Source: Mobula hypostoma | Taxonomy: Eukaryota | DNA length: 64,000 nucleotides | Assembly: GCF_963921235.1 (NCBI RefSeq) | Contig: NC_086108.1 | Location: 38,070,001 to 38,134,000, forward strand | Direction of reading: 5' to 3' | Translations under genes and position numbers: made by a program | In this document: piece by piece, positions 10,661 to 22,264 of the stretch | Numbering within the stretch: the first letter of the stretch is position 1 | How the letters are laid out: every line of letters begins with the position of its first letter | The notes under the pieces: model-generated | The model's input: only the letters and a program-made list of their open reading frames with translations | The model's database searches: none | What the model was told of the DNA's origin: nothing

Positions 10661-13288
10661 ATCCTCAGCATTGTCCGACGGATGTCAAAGGATCTCAGTC
10701 TCCTCAGGAAATAGATATTGTAGATCTCTCTCTTTTTCTGAACAAAGTTTCCAATATCCCTTGAAAACCATGGCTCTCTCAAACTTTTAAAGTTATAGTC
10801 ATACTTTATCTTAACCTTTCCTTTCAACCTAACAGGAACATAAAGTTTCTGTACCCTCAAAATTTCACCTTTAAATGACCTCCATTTCTCTATTACATCT
10901 TTCCCATAAAACAAATTGTCCCAATCCACTCCTTTTAAATCCTTTCACATTTCCTCAAAGTTAGCCTTTCTCCAATCAAAAATCTCAACCCTGGGTCCAG
11001 TCCTATCCTTCTTCATAATTATATTGAAACTAATGGCATTGTGATCACTGGACCCGAAGTGCTCCCCAACACATACCTCCGTCACCTGACCTATCTCATT
11101 CCCTAACAGGAGATCCAACACTGCCCCTTCTCTAGTTGGTACCTCTATGCATTGCTGCAAAAAACTATCTTGCACACATTTTACAAACTCCAAACCATCC
11201 AGTCCTTTTACAGAATGTCCTTCCCAGTCTATGTGTGGAAAACTAAAATATCCCACAATCACAACCTTGTGCTTACTACAAATATCTGCTATCTCCTTAC
11301 AAATTTGCTCCTCCAATTCTTGCTCCCCATTAGGTGGTCTATAATAAACCCCTATAAGCATTATTACACCTTTCCCATTCCTCAGTTCCACCCAAATAGC
11401 CTCCTTAGATGAGTCCTCTAATCTATCCTGCACCGCTGTAATATTTTCTCTGGCAAGTAATGCAACACCTCCCCCTCTTGCCCCTCTGATTCTATCACAC
11501 CTGAAGCAACAAAATCCAGGAATATTTAGTTGCCAGTCACACCCCTCCTGCAACCATATTTCATTAATAGCTACAACATCATATTTCCAGGTATCAATGC
11601 ATGCTCTAATCTCATCCACCTTTCTTACAATGCTCCTAGCATTAAAATAGATGCATTCAAGAAACTCTCCACCTCTTACTCTCTGTTTATCCCTAATGGT
11701 GCAAACAACTTTGTTATCTTTTTCTTCCTTGTCCCCTACACCTTCAGTCTGAGTGCTCCTGATCTCTGTCCCCTACCTATCCTCCCTCATACACTGTCTA
11801 CTAGCTTTCTCTATTTGTGAACTAACCACCTCTCTCCTAGTCTTTTCAATTTGATTCCCACCCCCAACCATTCTAGTTTAAAGTCACCTCAGTAGCCTTC
11901 GCAAATCTCCCCACCAGGATATTGGTCCCCCTAGGATTCAAGTGCAACCCGTCCTTTTTGTACAGGTCACACCTGCCCCAAAAGAGGTCCCAATGATCCA
12001 GAAATTTGAATCCCTGCCCCCTACTCCAATCCCTCAGCCACGCATTTATCCTCCACCTCATTCCATTCCTACTCTCACTGTCGCATGGCACAGGCAGTAA
12101 TCCCGAGATTACTACCCTTGCGGTCCTTCTTCTCAATTCCCTTCCTGACTCCCTATATTCTCCTTTCAGGACCTCTTCCCTTTTCCTACCTATGTCATTG
12201 GTACCCATATGTACCCTGACCTCTGGTTCCTCACCCTCCCACTTCAGGATATCTTGGACGCGGTCAGAAACATCCCGGACCCTGGCACCAGGGAGGCAAA
12301 CTACCATCCGGGTCTCCTGACTGCGTCCACAGAATCGCCTATCTGACCCCCCCAACTATCGAATCCCCTATTACTACTGCCCTCCTCTTCCTTTCCCTAC
12401 CCTTCTGAGCTACAGGGCCGGACTCTGTGCTGGAGGCACGGCCACTGTTGCTTCCCCCAGGTAAGCTGTCCCCCCCAGCAGCACTCAAACAGGAGTACTT
12501 ATTGTCAAGAGGCACAGCCACTGGGGTACTCTCTAGTACCTGACTCTTCTCCTTCCCCCCTCCTAACCATGACCCACTTGTCTGCCTCCCGTGGCCCCGG
12601 CGTGACCAACTGGCTGTAACTCCTCTCTGTCAACTCCTCAGTCTCCCTGACCAGACAAAGGTTACCGAGCTGCAGCTCCAGTTCCCTAACACGGTCCCTT
12701 AGGAGCTGCAGCTCGGCACACCTGGCACAGATGTGGACGTCCGGGAGGCTAGGAAACTCCAGGACCTCCCATATCCGAGACATAGAACAGCAAGCTGCCC
12801 TCACACTCATACTTGCCCCTTTCCTCAAATATCAGGAAAAATTGAAAACCACATCTACTTTGCCTCGCCCGTTTCCACCTAAGCCCGTTGAGCCAAAGCC
12901 CTTAAGCCTTCACTCTACTCCTGGCTCACTCCGCTGCCCACTGAATAAGGCTGTGTTCCTTTTAAATCTTCCGTGCTTCACTGCCCGACGTCAAACGCCT
13001 GCGCAGTCTCACCTCTCTTAACTCTGATGATAAGAAGAAAACATCAAAATGGCTCCCGTCACACTCCCGCTCCAATTCTCAGACTTCCTTCTCCAAATTA
13101 AAACCCAAATCAGGATTTCTGACCTTTTAAATCTTCCTCACTTTACTGCCCGACGTTACATGCCTGCGCAGTCTCGCCTCTCTTAACTCCAATGATAAGA
13201 AGAAAAAAATCAAAATGGCTCCTGACGCACTCCCGCTCCGATTCTCAGACTTCCTTCTTCTTTAAAAAGCAGAGCTCAAAGGTGGCTC

Positions 13289-16200
13289 TGTAACATGCAA
13301 AAGGGTTTCACTGCTGTGTAACATACTGTAAGGTTTCACTGATAATGTAATGGCTTCTCTGTAACAGCAATGTTTGGGTTATGACTAGAGATAACGGGGT
13401 TAGGAATGCTGTTGTTCTTTCTTGTAAGCTAGAAGAGAGATTTTTGCAGTCTTTTTGGCCGTGGAGAGATGAGGAGAGAAGACACGAATGGAGAGAGTGG
13501 GTAGACCACCAGATGGGGTGGACTTGGAGCGAGGATCCAAAAGGCAGCGACAATCGGAGGAGGTTGATGGTGGACGATCGACTTATCAATGAGCTCCAAT
13601 ATTGCGCAACAGAATGCTTAATAAGATTGGGCCCTTTTTTTTCTTTTTATTCGTTTCTTTACTAACCATATAGTCAAAGTAAGAATTATAAAGCTTAATC
13701 GTTTAACTGCATATCTGTTTATTATTTCAGGGTACTAATTTGTAACAGGGGACATATTGTGCAGCATCCACCCAAACGAGAATTTTAAGTTTGGCCAGGC
13801 TGGGGGCTATCGCCCCCTATATCCTATATTAAGCCACTAGCTGAAGCGGGAGTTACAATTGTGGGGGCTACGTTCGGGATTGATTCCTTTGGATGCTGGG
13901 TGATTACCCTGAGCAATGAACCAGTGGGGCACAAATCTGTACACCGGATGAATTGTTAATTCCACTGTTAAGTACTGTTGAAGTTGCGATTGTGGGTGGA
14001 GGTTTGATAAAATGGACAGCACAGCTCTCCTTTTAATGCAGACCAGCAATGAGGTAGCGGTAGCTGGCGGCGGAGATTTCAAAGACAGGGTTATCTCATT
14101 TCTGAGGAGTGAGGGGAACGAGTGGTCAGATGTGGAATGTCCAATTAGTCCATGTCCCCTGGTGAAGAGCGAGAACTCTGAGTTAGTATCCGCCCTTACT
14201 TCTCTGGCGAATAAATGGAAAACTCAGATTCAAAGTCCCAGCTATGACAGGCTCTGTGGAATATTGCCCACCCCTAAAGGGGAGGAAGAGTATGAGACTT
14301 GGGCGGAGCAGACCTTTTAGATGACTGGCAGTGCTCTGATGATGTAAAGCGACAGAGATTGATTGAGAGTTTGAGTGGGTAGGCCGCTGACGTTATGAGA
14401 GCCGTCAGGTCGAAATGTCCCGTAGCAACAGCTGTCAATTATCTGCAAGCACTGGACAATGCTTTTGGTCCGACTGGAAGCTCAATGGAGCTCATGGTGG
14501 GGTTTCAGAACACGTGTCAGGAGAAGGGGAGAAGCTTTCTGCTTCTATTTTTCAGCTAGAGAGGCAGCTAAATTGCTTGCAGTGCAGAGGGGTCATTTGG
14601 GCGGCTGAGGTGGATCAGTTAAGAATGGAGCAGATAGCCAGGGGTGTCTAGTCCCATGACCTGATTGCTTGGGGTCTCCGACAGTGTCGTAAGACATGCA
14701 CCCCTCCATCTTTTGTTGAGCTGATCAGAGAGTTACGGGAAGAGGAGAACACGGCGGAGGCACAGGAGGACTCTGTCAGCAGGGTACAGTCCTTGGTAGT
14801 AGTCCCCTGTGGTGAGGTGACCACAGATAGCTTACCCCAGGGAGCGGTAGAGGAGATCGTGGCAGAGTTGAAAGCGGAGATATGTCGGCTGTTATCAGCG
14901 GGTGTGACACGCCCCCCATGTGATGGAGCAGATGGGGGGCGGCGGATTTCCCAAGGGGACGAACAATGCGGAGGGCTGTTGGCAGCAAGTGTCATGCCAG
15001 AAGAAGACTGAGCCCCTGGGTAGCTCAGCAGGGAGAATCGTTGGGAAAACCTAGAGAAGACCCAGTGAGGGAATGACCTGGTGTCTCTGGGGGAACACGT
15101 TCCCAGCAATGTACCAAAGAACCCCTGAAAGCGAAAGACCCAATTCCTTAAGGCTAAGTGGGTTCATGCTCCAGTATGTCACTACGAATAGAGGGTATTT
15201 ATGCTAAAGCCATACTCGACACCAGGTCGTAGGTCACGTTGCTGTACCATTCGTTTTACAACCGGTATCTGAAATATTTACCATTGACACCATTCAGGGC
15301 ACTGGAGATCTGGGGGCTTAGTGCTAGTGATTATCCATACGACAGTTATTTGTCACTGAAGTTGGAGTTCTCAGAGGCCGAAGTGGGAGTGACTGAGGTC
15401 CTTGATACATTGGTGCTGGTTTGTCCGGATCCCGCTGAGAAGGGCGGCGTTTCAATTCTAGTGGCGATCAATACCCTTCTTGTGCGGAGGCTCATGGGGG
15501 CCTGCAAGGAGAAGACTCAAGAGAGCCTTCTGGGAACATTGTCCGTTCACCCAGGGTTTCGAGCTGCTTTTGAGGAAGTGCGTGGCAGCACTGGGCCGGA
15601 TACTGAATTTAAACAGGGGTTGTGTGGTTCACCCAGTTAAAGCCAATGGTGGTACGGCCCGGGGAAGTAGCGAGAGTGATGGAGACCCCTAAATTTCCCA
15701 GAATACCTGAGGGCAGGGCCCTCTTAGTGGATGCTCTGGACAACCACGAGGGGGAGTCAGGATTTCCTGCTCGGGTACTGGTGAGACCCAAATTGCAGAA
15801 GCCCTCAGATGTACAGGACACAGGATGGCAGTGATTGTCAGGAACACTACGAAGAGGAAGGTTACCTTCAAGCGGGGGATGCCCCTGGCGCATTTGTTCC
15901 CAGTGACAGTAATGTCTAGTGTCCCTGTGAGGCACGCCGGGGAGAAACTATTGGAAATGGGGGGAAAGTTGACCACTGAGTCATTCAACTTCGGGGACTC
16001 CCCGGTTTCTGTGGGTTGGAAGAGGAGGCTGGTAGAGAAGATGTTGAAGCTGGAAGGTGTCTTATCTACAGACGAGTTTGATGTGGGCTGTTCCAAGAGC
16101 ACTCGTCACACTATCCGGGTGAACGAGGACACCCCATTTAGAGAGAGGTCGTGGAGACTGTCTGCTGCAGAGGTTCAGGACGTTCGGCAGCATTTGTGTA

Positions 16201-19200
16201 AGTCGAAGGAAGCTGGGATCATCACCAAGTCCCGAAGCCCCTATGCGTCCCCGATAGTAGTAGCCCAAAAGAAGAATGGGAAGGTACGGATGTGTGTGGA
16301 CTATAGGACTCTGAACAGGCACGCCATCCCTGACCAGTATACTGTCCCGAGGACTGAAGATGTGCTGGCCTGCCTGAGTGGTGCAAAGTGGTTCAGTGTG
16401 CTGGACTTGAGGAGTGGATGTTACCAGATCCCCATGAGTGAGGCTGACAAAGAGAAAATGGCATTTATATGTCCCCTGGGACTTTTCCAGTTCTAAAGGA
16501 TGCCCCAGGGCATCTCGGGAGCTCCTGCAACCTTCCAGCAGGTCATGGAGAAGGTGGAGGGTGATATGAACTTCCTTGAGGTATTGGTAAATCTGGATGA
16601 CCTCATAGTATTTGGATCCACCTTGGAAGAATGTGAAGCAAGGCTGCTGAAGGTGCTGGGCCGTATGAAAGCTGAATGGTTAAAACTTTCCCTGGACAGC
16701 TGCCAGTTCTGCCAAACGTCTGTTAGCTACGTTGGGCACATAGTTTCATAGTTAGGGTAGCTACAGATCCAGCTTGGCCAGGACCCCAGACTTTGAGTGC
16801 TCTGCTCTCGTTCCTAGGGTTCTGTGGTTACTACCAGAGGTTTGTGAAAGGCTACACGAAAGTGAGTCACCCTGAGAATCAGCTTCTGTGCAGTTACCCT
16901 CGCTTGGGGAAGAAAGGGAGGGGGGAAAAGGACAGGAGAGTGGAGAGTATCTTAGCCCATCAGAGCTCTTTGAATCGAGGTGGGATGCAAAATGTGAAGA
17001 GGCCTTTCAGTCTCTGAAGGAGTTGCTGACTCAGGTGCCGGTGCTGGCTTTTGCAGACCCCCGGTTGCCGTATGTGCTGCACATGGATGCCAGCTGATAG
17101 GGGGCAGACACCGTATCAGGATCAGGGCTCCGGGTTGAGACCCGTTGGTCAGCCAGAGTCTGTCGCCCTCCAAGAGAAACTATCCCATGCACAAGTTGGA
17201 ATTTCTGGTGTTGAAATAGGCGGTGGCGGATAAGCTGAGTGACTACATCTACAGGGCCAAGTTTGAGGTGAGTACGGACAACAACCCCCTAACTTATATC
17301 CTGACCTCGACGAAACTGGATGCCACAGGCCATCGGTGGTGGCGGCGTTGTCGGCCTATGATTTCAGCCTGAAGTACCGGCTGGGAAGCTGGAACATTGA
17401 TGCTGATGCTTTGTCCTGATAGGCACATGAGGGACTAATCAGGGACAAGGAGTGGGAGAGCGTTCCTGCCCCGGGGGTGAAGGCCCTGTGTCAGTTTGCC
17501 ATCACCGTGAAGGCAGAGGGAAAGGAGGGGCAGGAACGAGCGGTGGATCAATTGGGGGCTTCCGATGATGCCATTTCCCAAGTTTACTGTAACCTGACTG
17601 CTCTGAAGACCAGTCAGCTGCCGGAGTTGAGTTCTGGGGAAGTGGCTGCTGCTCAGCGAGATGATCCGGACATCTGTCCCATTTGGACGGCGGTCAAAAA
17701 GGGAGACGTGGCTCAGGCAGAGAGGACAAAACATGCGTCGGTGCCTCCATTACTACGAGAATGGCCTCGGTTGGAGTTCAAGAACCAGATCTCATCCCGG
17801 ATCACGTTACCCCCACACCGACCCCGGCGTTGCCAGCTGGTTCTGCCTGCGAAGTATCGGAGGATGGCGTTGAAATCACTTCATGATGATTCTGGACATT
17901 TGGGAGTGGAAAAGACCTATGGATTGCTCAGAGACCAGTTTTACTGGCCCCAAATGAAGTCAGAGGTCGAAGAATACTGCAAGTTATGCTTTCGCTGCAT
18001 ATGGCAGAAGACACTGCAGTGCGGGCAGCTCACTTATCTCACTTGCAGAGTGCAAGGCCCCTGGACCTGGTGTGTATGGATTTCCTGTCAATAGAACCCG
18101 ATGCCAGCAACATGGTGAATGACTTAGTCACCATGGACCACTACACCAGATATGCTCAGGCTTTTCCTATCAAGGACCAGAGGGCGTCTACAGTGCCAAA
18201 GGTGTTATAGGAGAAGTATTTCATTTATTATGGCCTTCCCAGGCAGGTACATAGTGACCAGGGATGGGACTTTGAGAGCAGACTCATCTGTGAGTTACTG
18301 GGCATGCTTGGAGTCGAGAAGTTGAGGACCACACCCTATCATCCGTAGGGTGATCCCCAGCTTGAGGGGTTTAATCCGACCTTGCTAGATATGCTCGGGA
18401 CCCTGGAGATCAGCAAGAAGAGCAGGTGGAGTTAACATATTGAGCATCTGGTTCACAGTTATAATTGTACGCGAAATGAAGCTACTGGGTACTCGCCATA
18501 TTATCTGATGTTTGGGCGCGATGCGAGGTTGCCCATTGACTTTTGTTTTGGGACTGATGAGGACGACTTACCACTGAAGACTTATCTGAAGTATGTGTCT
18601 GACATGAGAAGAGAGTTGAAAAGGGCTTATGAATTAGCTGGGGTCGCGGCAGCCAAGCAGAATCAAGGGAATAAGAGGAGGTATGATCAAAAGGCGAGGT
18701 TCTTCCAACCCCTGCCGGGAGACAGAGTCCTTATAAGGAACTGGGGCGACCTGGACAGCATATGTTGGCAGATGGCTGGGCGGCTACGCCCTACGTGGTG
18801 GAGAGTCAGATGCCAAACCAACTAGTTTTCCAGGTGAAACCAGAGGATGGGAATACGCCTGTCAAGATTCTCCATCAGAACCCAGGTAGACCCAGAGCCA
18901 GACTTGGAGCCTACACCGAGTAAGAGGACCCATCGGAAACGCAGGTTACTACCGGGCCCCCAACAGGCAAGGTTAGGCCGGCCCCCACCCCTGAGAGCGA
19001 TACTGATTCGAAGGATGAGGACCTGGATGCGTGGTATATGCTGCCTTTTGCTAACTCCCCAGTGACTGAGGAAGAGACTCCCGGCCCTTCTCCCATTGAG
19101 ACAAGTGAAGTGGAGGGGGGTGCTATCTGTGGGCAGCCTGGGTTGCAGCGGGACTCTGCAGGGGAGGAAGCAGGGTTTGATCAGGGGACAGAGGGCTCCG

Positions 19201-20062
19201 AGTTGCAGGTGGGCACGATTGATAGGTCGGGGGAGGCCTCGCCAGGTAGACCAGAAGTATCCCCAGTAGTGTCGGAACCTGAAGAGTTAGATGATGGGGT
19301 GCAGAGGTCTCAGAGGATTAGGAGACAACCGGATAGGTTGGCCAACGTAGCACCAGGGGAACAGAGCGTGACCCCTACTGTGTTGGGGAACTATATCACT
19401 GCCTTTTACACCTGGATCGGGCTTTGTGTTTTGCAGGAAGGGTTGGGGAATTATCTCAACGTCATGAGGACATGACTAAATTTGGTAGGGGAGAGTGTAA
19501 CATGCTGTAAGGTTTCACTGCAGTGTAACATGCTGTAAGGTTTCACTGATAATATAATGGTTTCTCTGTAGCAGCAATGTTTGGGTTATGACTAGAGATA
19601 GCGGGGTTTGGAATGCTGTTGTTCTTTCTTGTGAGTCTGGAACAGAGATTTTTGCGGTCTTTTGCCAGGGAGAGATGAGGATAGAAGATGCGAATGGAGA
19701 GAGTGGGTAGACCGCCGGACGGGGTGGACTTGGAGCGAGGGTCCGAAGGGCAGCTACAATCGGAGGAGGTCGATGGTAAACAATCAGCTTATCAGTGAGC
19801 TCCAACATTGTGCAACAGACTGTTTCATAAGATTGGGCCCTTTTTTCCTTTTCTTTCATTCCTTTACTGATCATATAGTCAAAGTAAGAATTATAAAACT
19901 TAATCATTTAATCGCATATTGTATACTGTTTGTTATTTCAGGGTACTGATTTGTTACAGGGGACACATCGCGCAGCATCCACCCAAACAAGATTTGTTAA
20001 GTTTGGCCGGGCCAGGGGCTATCACCCCCTATATTAAGCCGCTAGCCGAAGTGAGAGTTACA
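13289..20062 (+). mobile_element. Gypsy LTR retrotransposon with PNMA-type gag, full length but degraded
   Basis: LTRs 13289-13857 and 19496-20062 (TGTAAC...GTTACA); PBS tgggggctacgttcgggat 13862-13880 (tRNA-Pro-like); PPT ggtaggggagag; gag GEEEYETWAEQT; RT (SPYASPIVV, RMCVDYRTLN, LDLRSGCYQI, NLDDLIVF); RNase H; integrase (LHDDSGHLG, LDLVCMDF). Many stops. Confidence 0.93.
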
Positions 20063-20330
20063 TCACTAAGGACAATTACCTTCTGGAGCATGCCCTCTTC
20101 TTATGAGAATCCATCAGGGATAAGATCCAAAAGCCTGAAGACCCATATTCAATGACTCAGAAACACCTTCTTTCCCTCTGCCATCAGATTTCTGAATGGT
20201 CCATGAACACTATTTCATTATTCCTTTTATTACAATAATTACTCTTTAAATAATTACAAATTTTATGTCTATGCAATGACTGCTGCAAAAGAAACAAATT
20301 TCAGTGATAATAAACCTGATTCTGACTGTA
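20063..20330 (+). mobile_element. 3' end of the old Rex1-type LINE that starts at about 3000
   Basis: Continues the sequence broken at 3260/13288 and ends in 'aataaacctgattctgac'. Confidence 0.65.
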
Positions 20331-20812
20331 TATAATTGATTATATTGTTTGTCTGTTCCACTTATACAGGGTTGCTAGGGGAGGTAGGTATTCAGCAATA
20401 CAACACAAAGGAAGCCATTCAACCCGCTCAGTCTACATCAACACATTCAAAAAGCAACTGAGTTAGCTGATGTCCTTGAGAATTTCCCTGCCCTCAAATA
20501 TCACAAAGCTGAAGTTTAAAGTATTTGAATGATCAATTTAAGGTCCACAATTTAAGAGCATGGGCTTAACTGATGATGTCTATATTTGGTTAGTGGAGAT
20601 ACAAATGGATTGCATTACTTCTTCCAATGCATAAATTTCTATGATTCAATTATTTATCCAACTCCCTTCTGAAAATTACTATTTTATTTTATGCTTTTCA
20701 TTCAAATTTTAACCACTGGAGTTTCTTCACACCACCTGCAATTTTGCCAATCGCCTTAATTTCATGTCCACCAGTTTCTAACCTTTCATTAAAATTATAT
20801 ATATACTTTGAA

Positions 20813-21429
20813 CTCTGATCTCTGTAATCTGTCAAGTAGGGTGCCGTGCACAATCCTATTTGATGGAGACAGACATGAGAGTACAGAGGAACAACTGAAC
20901 AACCTTCTGAAATGCCTGTTTCGCTGCCGCTGCTACTGTGTGATCCATAATCTCCGGAGGAGAAGGCCCTGAGTCCTCGGCTTTGCTTGTTGCTCGGTGG
21001 CCGGGGCAAGGTCAAAGCGCTCGGCAGAGATGGTGCTCGGTGTTGGAGGAGGCTTGAAGTTTTCAGACGGACTCAGCGTCGGCTGTGGTCGGGTGCTTCC
21101 AATGCATCGGTAGTCGTCGGCGCCTGGAGGTTTATGGCAGGGAGAGTTTCTCCGTTTTGCCACCTACTATCAAGACTATCGGGAGTCGATCGGAACTTTG
21201 AGACTTTTTTTTACCGTGCCCATGGTCCGCTCTTTATCAAATTATGGTACTGCTTTGCACTGCTGTAACTATATGTTATAATTATGTGGCCTTGTCAGTG
21301 TTAGTCTTTGGTTTGTTTTTGTTTTTTTTGTGATACCACTCTGGAGGAACATCGCATTATTTCTTAATGCATACATGCATTTCTAAATGACAATAAACAA
21401 GGACTGAGTGTCCTCATAATCTTAAAAAA
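20813..21429 (+). mobile_element. Non-coding retroposed (SINE-like) repeat, copy 1
   Basis: Similar to 26585-27003 and 59779-60382; flanked by ACTTTGAA direct repeats. Confidence 0.75.
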
Positions 21430-21839
21430 ACTTTGAATCTATTCTGTTAACCACAAATGCTCATCCCTTTAACTATTCCAGTACATCTTGCCTGTCTCTC
21501 CTGTAAGCCCATCTTCCCAGTTGGTTCTTTACCATAATTCTAGAGAAAAAAACATGAAGTGATACCAACTGCACACTTAAAAAAAGATGCCAGCAGGTTT
21601 TTGATCCAAATGGATTGATCCAGCTTTGCAACTGAACTAATTCCTTCCTAAATGCTTTAATTATTCCTCATGGAAGACAGTTGTACCTTAGGAAGGTTCA
21701 TTAACAAAGACTTAACACCCTTGTTTACAAATTAATGTTTGCTTCAAAAAAAAGAGGGCAACCCAATTCAGTTTTACTTCCACGTTTCCACCAGCTGAAA
21801 TTGTTGCTGTTTTTTTAAGATAAAACTTCACAATGCCAT

Positions 21840-22050
21840 CTGTGAGACAGCACGGTTTTCCTTCGGGTGCTCTGGTTTCCACTCGCATTCCAAAGACATC
21901 TCGGTTTGGGTTAGTAAATTGTGGGCCTACTGTGTTGGCGTGGGAGCATGCTGACATTTGCTGGCTGTCCCCAGCACATCCCAACACAAGCAACTCATTT
22001 TACTGTATGTTTCGATGTTTTGATTGTCATGCGACAAATAAAGCTAATTT
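21840..22050 (+). mobile_element. SINE fragment (V-SINE-like central domain)
   Basis: ggttttccttcgggtgctctggtttccactcgcattccaaagac resembles the conserved V-SINE core. Confidence 0.6.
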
Positions 22051-22264
22051 TAAAAAATCTTTTTAACTTTTCAATGCTTATCAACTGATTGAATTATTCA
22101 AAGGAATTAAAATCAATTCTGCACCAAAGTGTGGTAAGTATTCTTTAACGCAATTAGCCAGCTACTCATAATTCTTAGCCATACATGTACTGAAAGGAAA
22201 TACTATCCACCATTTTAACAGCATGACCCAGAAAAGGCTGTTACCTTTTGTATTTTTATTTGAT

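Larger units (their letters stand above)
5218..10715 (-). mobile_element. 5'-truncated Rex1/Babar-type LINE (5218-5699 plus 10661-10715) with (CTA)n tail, split by the LTR element
   Basis: The two halves join in frame as YFLRRLRSFDIRRTMLRM|FYKSVVASAIMFAVVCWGS. (TAG)n at 5218-5260 is the 3' tail. Confidence 0.85.
3261..13260 (-). mobile_element. Near full-length CR1 LINE, split by nested insertions at about 5218-10715
   Basis: 5' UTR about 12830-13260; ORF1 Cys-rich part 12505-12828 plus SGNH esterase (VIGDS, GTND, DGLH) 11873-12521; APE endonuclease 10945-11619; RT ORF 3335-5188 with YADD; 'cttta' at both flanks. Confidence 0.92.

Noticed and set aside
10570..10929. 119-aa ORF spanning CR1, Rex1 and LTR sequence
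   Set aside because: Chance read-through across insertion junctions, not a gene.
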